Origin: Eledone cirrhosa
Lineage: Eukaryota
Assembly: GCA_964016885.1 (NCBI GenBank)
Contig: OZ024750.1
Span: 31,000,001 to 31,064,000, forward strand
Direction of reading: 5' to 3'
DNA length: 64,000 nucleotides
This document shows positions 36,701-51,700 of the stretch, piece by piece. The position numbers and the translations under genes were made by a program. The notes under the pieces are model-generated. The model searched no databases and had not been told where the DNA came from. It was given only the letters and a program-made list of their open reading frames with translations. Position 1 is the first letter of the stretch. Each line of letters starts with the position of its first letter.

Positions 36701-39700
36701 ACCTCTCCCAGAAGAGATAGACCTAGTGTACACTAACATAACATGTAGAAACCTCTCTCAGAAGAGATAGACCTAGTGTACACTAACATAACATGTAGAA
36801 ACCTCTCTCAGAAGAGAAAGACCTAGTGTACACTAACATAACATGTAGAAACCTCTCTCCGAAGAGATAAACCTAGTGTACACTAACATAACATGTAGAA
36901 ACCTCTCCCAGAAGAGAAAGACCTAGTGTACACTAACATAACATGTAGAAACCTCTCTCAGAAGAGATAGACCTAGTGTACACTAACATAACATGTAGAA
37001 ACCTCTCTCAGAAGAGATAAACCTAGTGTACACTAACATAACATGTACAGACCTCTCCCAGAAGAGATAGACCTAGTGTACACTAACATAACATGTAGAA
37101 ACCTCTCTCAGATGAGATAGACCTAGTGTACACTAACATAACATGTAGAAACCTCTCCCAGAAGAGATAGACCTAGTGTACACTAACATAACATGTAGAA
37201 ACCTCTCCCAGAAGAGATAGACCTAGTGTACACTAACATAACATGTAGAAACCTCTCTCAGAAGAGATAGACCTAGTGTACACTAACATAACATGTAGAA
37301 ACCTCTCCCAGAAGAGATAGACCTAGTGTACACTAACATAACATGTACAGACCTCTCCCAGAAGAGATAGACCTAGTGTACACTAACATAACATGTACAG
37401 ACGTCTCCCAGAAGAGATAGACCTAGTGTACACTAACATAACATGTAGAAACCTCTCTCAGAAGAGATAGACCTAGTGTACACTAACATAACATGTACAG
37501 ACCTCTCTCAGAAGAGATAGACCTAGTGTACACTAACATAACATGTAGAAACCTCTCTCAGAAGAGATAGACCTAGTGTACACTAACATAACATATAGAA
37601 ACCTCTCTCAGAAGAGATAAACCTAGTGTACACTAACATAACATGTAGAAACCTCTCTCAGAAGAGATAAACCTAGTGTACACTAACATAACATGTACAG
37701 ACCTCTCTCAGAAGAGATAGACCTAGTGTACACTAACATAACATGTAGAAACCTCTCTCAGAAGAGATAGACCTAGTGTACACTAACATAACATGTAGAA
37801 ACCTCTCTCAGAAGAGATAAACCTAGTGTACACTAACATAACATGTACAGACCTCTCCCAGAAGAGATAGACCTAGTGTACACTAACATAACATGTACAG
37901 ACGTCTCTCAGAAGGGATAGACCTAGTGTACACTAACATAACATGTAGAAACCTCTCCCAGAAGAGATAAACCTAGTGTACACTAACATAACATGTACAG
38001 ACCTCTCTCAGAAGAGATAGACCTAGTGTACACTAACATAACATGTAGAAACCTCTCTCAGAAGAGATAGACCTAGTGTACACTAACATAACATGTAGAA
38101 ACCTCTCTCAGAAGAGATAGACCTAGTGTACACTAACATAACATGTACAGACCTCTCCCAGAAGAGATAGACCTAGTGTACACTAAAATAAGATGTACAG
38201 ACCTCTCTCAGAAGAGATAGACCTAGTGTACACTAACATAACATGTAGAAACCTCTCCCAGAAGAGATAGACCTAGTGTACACTAACATAAGATGTACAG
38301 ACCTCTCCCAGAAGAGATAGACCTAGTGTACACTAACATAACATGTAGAAACCTCTCCCAGAAGAGATAGACCTAGTGTACACTAACATAACATGTACAG
38401 ACCTCTCTCAGAAGAGATAGATCTAGTGTACACTAACATAACATGTACAGACCTCTCTCAGAAGAGATAGACCTAGTGTACACTAACATAACATGTACAG
38501 ACCTCTCTCAGAAGAGATAGACCTAGTGTACACTAACATAACATGTACAGACCTCTCTCAGAAGAGACAGACCTAGTCTACACTAACATAAGATGTACAG
38601 ACCTCTCTCAGAAGAGATAAACCTAGTGTACACTAACATAACATGTACAGAACTCTCTCAGGAGAGATAGACCTAGTGTACACTAACATAACATGTAGAA
38701 ACCTCTCCCAGAAGAGATAAACCTAGTGTACACTAACATAACATGTACAGACCTCTCTCAGAAGAGATAAACCTAGTGTACACTAACATAACATGTAGAA
38801 ACCTCTCCCAGAATAGATAAACCTAGTGTACACTAACATAACATGTAGAAACCTCTCCCAGAAGAGATAAACCTAGTGTACACTAACATAACATGTACAG
38901 ACCTCTCTCAGAAGAGATAAACCTAGTGTACACTAAAATAAGATGTAAAGACCTCTCTCAGAAGAGATAGACCTAGTGTACACTAACATAACATGGACAG
39001 ACCTCTCTCAGAAGAGATAGACCTAGTGTACACTAACATAACATGTAGAAACCTCTCTCAGAAGGGATAGACCTAGTGTACACTAACATAACATGTAGAA
39101 ACCTCTCTCAGAAGGGATAGACTTAGTGTACACTAACATAACATGTAGAAACCTCTCCCAGAAGGGATAGACCTAGTGTACACTAACATAACATGTAGAA
39201 ACCTCTCTCAGAAGGGATAGACCTAGTGTACACTAACATAACATGTAGAAACCTCTCTCAGAAGGGATAGACCTAGTGTACACTAACATAACATGTAGAA
39301 ACCTCTCTCAGAAGGGATAGACCTAGTGTACACTAACATAACATGTAGAAACCTCTCTCAGAAGGGATAGACCTAGTGTACACTAACATAACATGTAGAA
39401 ACCTCTCCCAGAAGAGATAGACCTAGTGTACACTAACATAACATGTAGAAACCTCTCTCAGAAGGGATAGACCTAGGGTACACTAACATAACATGTAGAA
39501 ACCTCTCTCAGAAGGGATAGACCTAGTGTACACTAACATAACATGTAGAAACCTCTCCCAGAAGAGATAGACCTAGTGTACATTAACATAACATGTACAG
39601 ACCTCTCTCAGAAGAGATAGACCTAGTGAACACTAACATAACATGTACAGACCTCTCCCAGAAGAGATAGACCTAGTGTACACTAACATAACATGTAGAA

Positions 39701-42700
39701 ACCTCTCCCAGAAGAGATAGACCTAGTGTACACTAACATAACATGTACAGACCTCTCTCAGAAGAGATAGACTTAGTGTACACTAACATAACATGTAGAA
39801 ACCTCTCTCAGAAGAGATAGACCTAGTGTACACTAACATAACATGTACAGACCTCTCTCAGAAGAGATAGACCTAGTGTACACTATCATAACATGTAGAA
39901 ACCTCTCTCCGAAGAGATAAACCTAGTGTACACTAACATAACATGTAGAAACCTCTCTCAGAAGAGATAGACCGAGTGTACACTAACATAACATGTAGAA
40001 ACCTCTCCCAGAAGAGATATACCTAGTGTACACTAACATAACATGTAGAAACCTCTCTCAGAAGAGATAGACCTAGTGTACACTAACATAACATGTAGAA
40101 ACCTCTCTCAGAAGAGAAAGACCTAGTGTACACTAACATAACATGTAGAAACCTCTCTCAGAAGAGATAAACCTAGTGTACACTAACATAACATGTAGAA
40201 ACCTCTCCCAGAAGAGAAAGACCTAGTGTACACTAACATAACATGTAGAAACCTCTCTCAGAAGAGATAGACCTAGTGTACACTAACATAACATGTAGAA
40301 ACCTCTCTCAGAAGAGATAAACCTAGTGTACACTAACATAACATGTAGAAACCTCTCCCAGAAGGGATAGACCTAGTGTACACTAACATAACATGTAGAA
40401 ACCTCTCTCAGAAGGGATAGACCTAGTGTACACTAACATAACATGTAGAAACCTCTCTCAGAAGGGATAGACCTAGTGTACACTAACATAACATGTAGAA
40501 ACCTCTCTCAGAAGGGATAGACCTAGTGTACACTAACATAACATGTAGAAACCTCTCTCAGAAGGGATAGACCTAGTGTACACTAACATAACATGTAGAA
40601 ACCTCTCCCAGAAGAGATAGACCTAGTGTACACTAACATAACATGTAGAAACCTCTCTCAGAAGGGATAGACCTAGTGTACACTAACATAACATGTAGAA
40701 ACCTCTCTCAGAAGGGATAGACCTAGTGTACACTAACATAACATGTAGAAACCTCTCTCAGAAGGGATAGACCTAGTGTACACTAACATAACATGTAGAA
40801 ACCTCTCCCAGAAGAGATAGACCTAGTGTACATTAACATAACATGTACAGACCTCTCTCAGAAGAGATAGACCTAGTGAACACTAACATAACATGTACAG
40901 ACCTCTCCCAGAAGAGATAGACCTAGTGTACACTAACATAACATGTAGAAACCTCTCCCAGAAGAGATAGACCTAGTGTACACTAACATAACATGTACAG
41001 ACCTCTCTCAGAAGAGATAGACTTAGTGTACACTAACATAACATGTAGAAACCTCTCTCAGAAGAGATAGACCTAGTGTACACTAACATAACATGTACAG
41101 ACCTCTCTCAGAAGAGATAGACCTAGTGTACACTATCATAACATGTAGAAACCTCTCTCAGAAGAGATAAACCTAGTGTACACTAACATAACATGTAGAA
41201 ACCTCTCTCAGAAGAGATAGACCGAGTGTACACTAACATAACATGTAGAAACCTCTCCCAGAAGAGATATACCTAGTGTACACTAACATAACATGTAGAA
41301 ACCTCTCTCAGAAGAGATAGACCTAGTGTACACTAACATAACATGTAGAAACCTCTCTCAGAAGAGAAAGACCTAGTGTACACTAACATAACATGTAGAA
41401 ACCTCTCTCAGAAGAGATAAACCTAGTGTACACTAACATAACATGTAGAAACCTCTCCCAGAAGAGAAAGACCTAGTGTACACTAACATAACATGTAGAA
41501 ACCTCTCTCAGAAGAGATAGACCTAGTGTACACTAACATAACATGTAGAAACCTCTCTCAGAAGAGATAAACCTAGTGTACACTAACATAACATGTACAG
41601 ACCTCTCCCAGAAGAGATAGACCTAGTGTACACTAACATAACATGGACAGACCTCTCTCAGAAGAGATAGACCTAGTGTACACTAACATAACATGTAGAA
41701 ACCTCTCTCAGAAGGGATAGACCTAGTGTACACTAACATAACATGTAGAAACCTCTCTCAGAAGGGATAGACTTAGTGTACACTAACATAACATGTAGAA
41801 ACCTCTCCCAGAAGGGATAGACCTAGTGTACACTAACATAACATGTAGAAACCTCTCTCAGAAGGGATAGACCTAGTGTACACTAACATAACATGTAGAA
41901 ACCTCTCTCAGAAGGGATAGACCTAGTGTACACTAACATAACATGTAGAAACCTCTCTCAGAAGGGATAGACCTAGTGTACACTAACATAACATGTAGAA
42001 ACCTCTCTCAGAAGGGATAGACCTAGTGTACACTAACATAACATGTAGAAACCTCTCCCAGAAGAGATAGACCTAGTGTACACTAACATAACATGTAGAA
42101 ACCTCTCTCAGAAGGGATAGACCTAGGGTACACTAACATAACATGTAGAAACCTCTCTCAGAAGGGATAGACCTAGTGTACACTAACATAACATGTAGAA
42201 ACCTCTCCCAGAAGAGATAGACCTAGTGTACACTAACATAACATGTACAGACCTCTCTCAGAAGAGATAGACCTAGTGTACACTAACATAACATGTACAG
42301 ACCTCTCTCAGAAGAGACAGACCTAGTCTACACTAACATAAGATGTACAGACCTCTCTCAGAAGAGATAAACCTAGTGTACACTAACATAACATGTACAG
42401 AACTCTCTCAGGAGAGATAGACCTAGTGTACACTAACATAACATGTAGAAACCTCTCCCAGAAGAGATAAACCTAGTGTACACTAACATAACATGTACAG
42501 ACCTCTCTCAGAAGAGATAAACCTAGTGTACACTAACATAACATGTAGAAACCTCTCCCAGAATAGATAAACCTAGTGTACACTAACATAACATGTAGAA
42601 ACCTCTCCCAGAAGAGATAAACCTAGTGTACACTAACATAACATGTACAGACCTCTCTCAGAAGAGATAAACCTAGTGTACACTAAAATAAGATGTAAAG

Positions 42701-45700
42701 ACCTCTCTCAGAAGAGATAGACCTAGTGTACACTAACATAACATGGACAGACCTCTCTCAGAAGAGATAGACCTAGTGTACACTAACATAACATGTAGAA
42801 ACCTCTCTCAGAAGGGATAGACCTAGTGTACACTAACATAACATGTAGAAACCTCTCTCAGAAGGGATAGACTTAGTGTACACTAACATAACATGTAGAA
42901 ACCTCTCCCAGAAGGGATAGACCTAGTGTACACTAACATAACATGTAGAAACCTCTCTCAGAAGGGATAGACCTAGTGTACACTAACATAACATGTAGAA
43001 ACCTCTCTCAGAAGGGATAGACCTAGTGTACACTAACATAACATGTAGAAACCTCTCTCAGAAGGGATAGACCTAGTGTACACTAACATAACATGTAGAA
43101 ACCTCTCTCAGAAGGGATAGACCTAGGGTACACTAACATAACATGTAGAAACCTCTCTCAGAAGGGATAGACCTAGTGTACACTAACATAACATGTAGAA
43201 ACCTCTCCCAGAAGAGATAGACCTAGTGTACATTAACATAACATGTACAGACCTCTCTCAGAAGAGATAGACCTAGTGAACACTAACATAACATGTACAG
43301 ACCTCTCCCAGAAGAGATAGACCTAGTGTACACTAACATAACATGTAGAAACCTCTCCCAGAAGAGATAGACCTAGTGTACACTAACATAACATGTACAG
43401 ACCTCTCTCAGAAGAGATAGACTTAGTGTACACTAACATAACATGTAGAAACCTCTCTCAGAAGAGATAGACCTAGTGTACACTAACATAACATGTACAG
43501 ACCTCTCTCAGAAGAGATAGACCTAGTGTACACTATCATAACATGTAGAAACCTCTCTCAGAAGAGATAAACCTAGTGTACACTAACATAACATGTAGAA
43601 ACCTCTCTCAGAAGAGATAGACCGAGTGTACACTAACATAACATGTAGAAACCTCTCCCAGAAGAGATATACCTAGTGTACACTAACATAACATGTAGAA
43701 ACCTCTCTCAGAAGAGATAGACCTAGTGTACACTAACATAACATGTAGAAACCTCTCTCAGAAGAGAAAGACCTAGTGTACACTAACATAACATGTAGAA
43801 ACCTCTCTCAGAAGAGATAAACCTAGTGTACACTAACATAACATGTAGAAACCTCTCCCAGAAGAGAAAGACCTAGTGTACACTAACATAACATGTAGAA
43901 ACCTCTCTCAGAAGAGATAGACCTAGTGTACACTAACATAACATGTAGAAACCTCTCTCAGAAGAGATAAACCTAGTGTACACTAACATAACATGTACAG
44001 ACCTCTCCCAGAAGAGATAGACCTAGTGTACACTAACATAACATGGACAGACCTCTCTCAGAAGAGATAGACCTAGTGTACACTAACATAACATGTAGAA
44101 ACCTCTCTCAGAAGGGATAGACCTAGTGTACACTAACATAACATGTAGAAACCTCTCTCAGAAGGGATAGACTTAGTGTACACTAACATAACATGTAGAA
44201 ACCTCTCCCAGAAGGGATAGACCTAGTGTACACTAACATAACATGTAGAAACCTCTCTCAGAAGGGATAGACCTAGTGTACACTAACATAACATGTAGAA
44301 ACCTCTCTCAGAAGGGATAGACCTAGTGTACACTAACATAACATGTAGAAACCTCTCTCAGAAGGGATAGACCTAGTGTACACTAACATAACATGTAGAA
44401 ACCTCTCTCAGAAGGGATAGACCTAGTGTACACTAACATAACATGTAGAAACCTCTCCCAGAAGAGATAGACCTAGTGTACACTAACATAACATGTAGAA
44501 ACCTCTCTCAGAAGGGATAGACCTAGGGTACACTAACATAACATGTAGAAACCTCTCTCAGAAGGGATAGACCTAGTGTACACTAACATAACATGTAGAA
44601 ACCTCTCCCAGAAGAGATAGACCTAGTGTACATTAACATAACATGTACAGACCTCTCTCAGAAGAGATAGACCTAGTGAACACTAACATAACATGTACAG
44701 ACCTCTCCCAGAAGAGATAGACCTAGTGTACACTAACATAACATGTAGAAACCTCTCCCAGAAGAGATAGACCTAGTGTACACTAACATAACATGTACAG
44801 ACCTCTCTCAGAAGAGATAGACTTAGTGTACACTAACATAACATGTAGAAACCTCTCTCAGAAGAGATAGACCTAGTGTACACTAACATAACATGTACAG
44901 ACCTCTCTCAGAAGAGATAGACCTAGTGTACACTATCATAACATGTAGAAACCTCTCTCAGAAGAGATAAACCTAGTGTACACTAACATAACATGTAGAA
45001 ACCTCTCTCAGAAGAGATAGACCGAGTGTACACTAACATAACATGTAGAAACCTCTCCCAGAAGAGATATACCTAGTGTACACTAACATAACATGTAGAA
45101 ACCTCTCTCAGAAGAGATAGACCTAGTGTACACTAACATAACATGTAGAAACCTCTCTCAGAAGAGAAAGACCTAGTGTACACTAACATAACATGTAGAA
45201 ACCTCTCTCAGAAGAGATAAACCTAGTGTACACTAACATAACATGTAGAAACCTCTCCCAGAAGAGAAAGACCTAGTGTACACTAACATAACATGTAGAA
45301 ACCTCTCTCAGAAGAGATAGACCTAGTGTACACTAACATAACATGTAGAAACCTCTCTCAGAAGAGATAAACCTAGTGTACACTAACATAACATGTACAG
45401 ACCTCTCCCAGAAGAGATAGACCTAGTGTACACTAACATAACATGTAGAAACCTCTCTCAGAAGAGATAGACCTAGTGTACACTAACATAACATGTAGAA
45501 ACCTCTCCCAGAAGAGATAGACCTAGTGTACACTAACATAACATGTAGAAACCTCTCCCAGAAGAGATAGACCTAGTGTACACTAACATAACATGTAGAA
45601 ACCTCTCTCAGAAGAGATAGATCTAGTGTACACTAACATAACATGTAGAAACCTCTCCCAGAAGAGATAGACCTAGTGTACACTAACATAACATGTACAG

Positions 45701-48700
45701 ACCTCTCCCAGAAGAGATAGACCTAGTGTACACTAACATAACATGTACAGACGTCTCCCAGAAGAGATAGACCTAGTGTACACTAACATAACATGTACAG
45801 ACCTCTCTCAGAAGAGATAGACTTAGTGTACACTAACATAACATGTAGAAACCTCTCTCAGAAGAGATAGACCTAGTGTACACTAACATAACATGTACAG
45901 ACCTCTCTCAGAAGAGATAGACCTAGTGTACACTATCATAACATGTAGAAACCTCTCTCAGAAGAGATAAACCTAGTGTACACTAACATAACATGTAGAA
46001 ACCTCTCTCAGAAGAGATAGACCGAGTGTACACTAACATAACATGTAGAAACCTCTCCCAGAAGAGATATACCTAGTGTACACTAACATAACATGTAGAA
46101 ACCTCTCTCAGAAGAGATAGACCTAGTGTACACTAACATAACATGTAGAAACCTCTCTCAGAAGAGAAAGACCTAGTGTACACTAACATAACATGTAGAA
46201 ACCTCTCTCAGAAGAGATAAACCTAGTGTACACTAACATAACATGTAGAAACCTCTCCCAGAAGAGAAAGACCTAGTGTACACTAACATAACATGTAGAA
46301 ACCTCTCTCAGAAGAGATAGACCTAGTGTACACTAACATAACATGTAGAAACCTCTCTCAGAAGAGATAAACCTAGTGTACACTAACATAACATGTACAG
46401 ACCTCTCCCAGAAGAGATAGACCTAGTGTACACTAACATAACATGTAGAAACCTCTCTCAGAAGAGATAGACCTAGTGTACACTAACATAACATGTAGAA
46501 ACCTCTCCCAGAAGAGATTGACCTAGTGTACACTAACATAACATGTAGAAACCTCTCCCAGAAGAGATAGACCTAGTGTACACTAACATAACATGTAGAA
46601 ACCTCTCTCAGAAGAGATAGATCTAGTGTACACTAACATAACATGTAGAAACCTCTCCCAGAAGAGATAGACCTAGTGTACACTAACATAACATGTACAG
46701 ACCTCTCCCAGAAGAGATAGACCTAGTGTACACTAACATAACATGTACAGACGTCTCCCAGAAGAGATAGACCTAGTGTACACTAACATAACATGTACAG
46801 ACCTCTCTCAGAAGGGATAGACCTAGTGTACACTAACATAACATGTAGAAACCTCTCCCAGAAGAGATAAACCTAGTGTACACTAACATAACATGTACAG
46901 ACCTCTCTCAGAAGAGATAGACCTAGTGTACACTAACATAACATGTAGAAACCTCTCCCAGAAGAGATAGACCTAGTGTACACTAACATAACATGTAGAA
47001 ACCTCTCTCAGAAGAGATAGACCTAGTGTACACTAACATAACATGTACAGACCTCTCCCAGAAGAGATAGACCTAGTGTACACTAAAATAAGATGTACAG
47101 ACCTCTCTCAGAAGAGATAGACCTAGTGTACACTAACATAACATGTAGAAACCTCTCCCAGAAGAGATAGACCTAGTGTACACTAACATAAGATGTACAG
47201 ACCTCTCCCAGAAGAGATAGACCTAGTGTACACTAACATAACATGTAGAAACCTCTCCCAGAAGAGATAGACCTAGTGTACAATAACATAAGATGTACAG
47301 ACCTCTCTCAGAAGAGATAGACCTCGTGTACACTAACATAACATGTAGAAACCTCTCCCAGAAGAGATAGACCTAGTGTACACTAACATAACATGTACAG
47401 ACCTCTCCCAGAAGAGATAGACCTAGTGTACACTAAAATAAGATGTACAGACCTCTCTCAGAAGAGATAGACCTAGTGTACACTAACATAACATGTACAG
47501 ACCTCTCTCAGAAGAGATAGATCTAGTGTACACTAACATAACATGTACAGACCTCTCTCAGAAGAGATAGACCTAGTGTACACTAACATAACATGTACAG
47601 ACCTCTCTCAGAAGAGATAGACCTAGTGTACACTAACATAACATGTACAGACCTCTCTCAGAAGAGACAGACCTAGTCTACTCTAACATAAGATGTACAG
47701 ACCTCTCTCAGAAGAGATAAACCTAGTGTACACTAACATAACACGTACAGAACTCTCTCAGAAGAGATAGACCTAGTGTACACTAACATAACATGTAGAA
47801 ACCTCTCCCAGAAGAGATAAACCTAGTGTACACTAACATAACATGTACAGACCTCTCTCAGAAGAGATAAACCTAGTGTACACTAACATAACATGTAGAA
47901 ACCTCTCCCAGAATAGATAAACCTAGTGTACACTAACATAACATGTAGAAACCTCTCCCAGAAGAGATAAACCTAGTGTACACTAACATAACATGTACAG
48001 ACCTCTCTCAGAAGAGATAAACCTAGTGTACACTAAAATAAGATGTAAAGACCTCTCTCAGAAGAGATAGACCTAGTGTACACTAACATAACATGGACAG
48101 ACCTCTCTCAGAAGAGATAGACCTAGTGTACACTAACATAACATGTAGAAACCTCTCTCAGAAGGGATAGACCTAGTGTACACTAACATAACATGTAGAA
48201 ACCTCTCTCAGAAGGGATAGACTTAGTGTACACTAACATAACATGTAGAAACCTCTCCCAGAAGGGATAGACCTAGTGTACACTAACATAACATGTAGAA
48301 ACCTCTCTCAGAAGGGATAGACCTAGTGTACACTAACATAACATGTAGAAACCTCTCTCAGAAGGGATAGACCTAGTGTACACTAACATAACATGTAGAA
48401 ACCTCTCTCAGAAGGGATAGACCTAGTGTACACTAACATAACATGTAGAAACCTCTCTCAGAAGGGATAGACCTAGTGTACACTAACATAACATGTAGAA
48501 ACCTCTCCCAGAAGAGATAGACCTAGTGTACACTAACATAACATGTAGAAACCTCTCTCAGAAGGGATAGACCTAGGGTACACTAACATAACATGTAGAA
48601 ACCTCTCTCAGAAGGGATAGACCTAGTGTACACTAACATAACATGTAGAAACCTCTCCCAGAAGAGATAGACCTAGTGTACATTAACATAACATGTACAG

Positions 48701-51700
48701 ACCTCTCTCAGAAGAGATAGACCTAGTGTACACTAACATAACATGTACAGACCTCTCCCAGAAGAGATAGACCTAGTGTACACTAACATAACATGTAGAA
48801 ACCTCTCCCAGAAGAGATAGACCTAGTGTACACTAACATAACATGTACAGACATCTCTCAGAAGAGATAGACTTAGTGTACACTAACATAACATGTAGAA
48901 ACCTCTCTCAGAAGAGATAGACCTAGTGTACACTAACATAACATGTACAGACCTCTCTCAGAAGAGATAGACCTAGTGTACACTATCATAACATGTAGAA
49001 ACCTCTCTCAGAAGAGATAAACCTAGTGTACACTAACATAACATGTAGAAACCTCTCTCAGAAGAGATAGACCGAGTGTACACTAACATAACATGTAGAA
49101 ACCTCTCCCAGAAGAGATATACCTAGTGTACACTAACATAACATGTAGAAACCTCTCTCAGAAGAGATAGACCTAGTGTACACTAACATAACATGTAGAA
49201 ACCTCTCCCAGAAGAGATAGACCTAGTGTACACTAACATAACATGTAGAAACCTCTCTCAGAAGAGATAGACCTAGTGTACACTAACATAACATGTAGAA
49301 ACCTCTCCCAGAAGAGATAGACCTAGTGTACACTAACATAACATGTAGAAACCTCTCTCAGAAGGGATAGACCTAGGGTACACTAACATAACATGTAGAA
49401 ACCTCTCTCAGAAGGGATAGACCTAGTGTACACTAACATAACATGTAGAAACCTCTCCCAGAAGAGATAGACCTAGTGTACATTAACATAACATGTACAG
49501 ACCTCTCTCAGAAGAGATAGACCTAGTGAACACTAACATAACATGTACAGACCTCTCCCAGAAGAGATAGACCTAGTGTACACTAACATAACATGTAGAA
49601 ACCTCTCCCAGAAGAGATAGACCTAGTGTACACTAACATAACATGTACAGACCTCTCTCAGAAGAGATAGACTTAGTGTACACTAACATAACATGTAGAA
49701 ACCTCTCTCAGAAGAGATAGACCTAGTGTACACTAACATAACATGTACAGACCTCTCTCAGAAGAGATAGACCTAGTGTACACTATCATAACATGTAGAA
49801 ACCTCTCTCAGAAGAGATAAACCTAGTGTACACTAACATAACATGTAGAAACCTCTCTCAGAAGAGATAGACCGAGTGTACACTAACATAACATGTAGAA
49901 ACCTCTCCCAGAAGAGATATACCTAGTGTACACTAACATAACATGTAGAAACCTCTCTCAGAAGAGATAGACCTAGTGTACACTAACATAACATGTAGAA
50001 ACCTCTCTCAGAAGAGAAAGACCTAGTGTACACTAACATAACATGTAGAAACCTCTCTCAGAAGAGATAAACCTAGTGTACACTAACATAACATGTAGAA
50101 ACCTCTCCCAGAAGAGAAAGACCTAGTGTACACTAACATAACATGTAGAAACCTCTCTCAGAAGAGATAGACCTAGTGTACACTAACATAACATGTAGAA
50201 ACCTCTCTCAGAAGAGATAAACCTAGTGTACACTAACATAACATGTACAGACCTCTCCCAGAAGAGATAGACCTAGTGTACACTAACATAACATGTAGAA
50301 ACCTCTCTCAGAAGAGATAGACCTAGTGTACACTAACATAACATGTAGAAACCTCTCCCAGAAGAGATAGACCTAGTGTACACTAACATAACATGTAGAA
50401 ACCTCTCCCAGAAGAAATAGACCTAGTGTACACTAACATAACATGTAGAAACCTCTCTCAGAAGAGATAGATCTAGTGTACACTAACATAACATGTAGAA
50501 ACCTCTCCCAGAAGAGATAGACCTAGTGTACATTAACATAACATGTACAGACCTCTCTCAGAAGAGATAGACCTAGTGAACACTAACATAACATGTACAG
50601 ACCTCTCCCAGAAGAGATAGACCTAGTGTACACTAACATAACATGTAGAAACCTCTCCCAGAAGAGATAGACCTAGTGTACACTAACATAACATGTACAG
50701 ACATCTCTCAGAAGAGATAGACTTAGTGTACACTAACATAACATGTAGAAACCTCTCTCAGAAGAGATAGACCTAGTGTACACTAACATAACATGTACAG
50801 ACCTCTCTCAGAAGAGATAGACCTAGTGTACACTATCATAACATGTAGAAACCTCTCTCAGAAGAGATAAACCTAGTGTACACTAACATAACATGTAGAA
50901 ACCTCTCTCAGAAGAGATAGACCGAGTGTACACTAACATAACATGTAGAAACCTCTCCCAGAAGAGATATACCTAGTGTACACTAACATAACATGTAGAA
51001 ACCTCTCTCAGAAGAGATAGACCTAGTGTACACTAACATAACATGTAGAAACCTCTCCCAGAAGAGATAGACCTAGTGTACACTAACATAACATGTAGAA
51101 ACCTCTCTCAGAAGAGATAGACCTAGTGTACACTAACATAACATGTAGAAACCTCTCCCAGAAGAGATAGACCTAGTGTACACTAACATAACATGTAGAA
51201 ACCTCTCTCAGAAGGGATAGACCTAGGGTACACTAACATAACATGTAGAAACCTCTCTCAGAAGGGATAGACCTAGTGTACACTAACATAACATGTAGAA
51301 ACCTCTCCCAGAAGAGATAGACCTAGTGTACATTAACATAACATGTATAGACCTCTCTCAGAAGAGATAGACCTAGTGAACACTAACATAACATGTACAG
51401 ACCTCTCCCAGAAGAGATAGACCTAGTGTACACTAACATAACATGTAGAAACCTCTCCCAGAAGAGATAGACCTAGTGTACACTAACATAACATGTACAG
51501 ACCTCTCTCAGAAGAGATAGACTTAGTGTACACTAACATAACATGTAGAAACCTCTCTCAGAAGAGATAGACCTAGTGTACACTAACATAACATGTACAG
51601 ACCTCTCTCAGAAGAGATAGACCTAGTGTACACTATCATAACATGTAGAAACCTCTCTCAGAAGAGATAAACCTAGTGTACACTAACATAACATGTAGAA

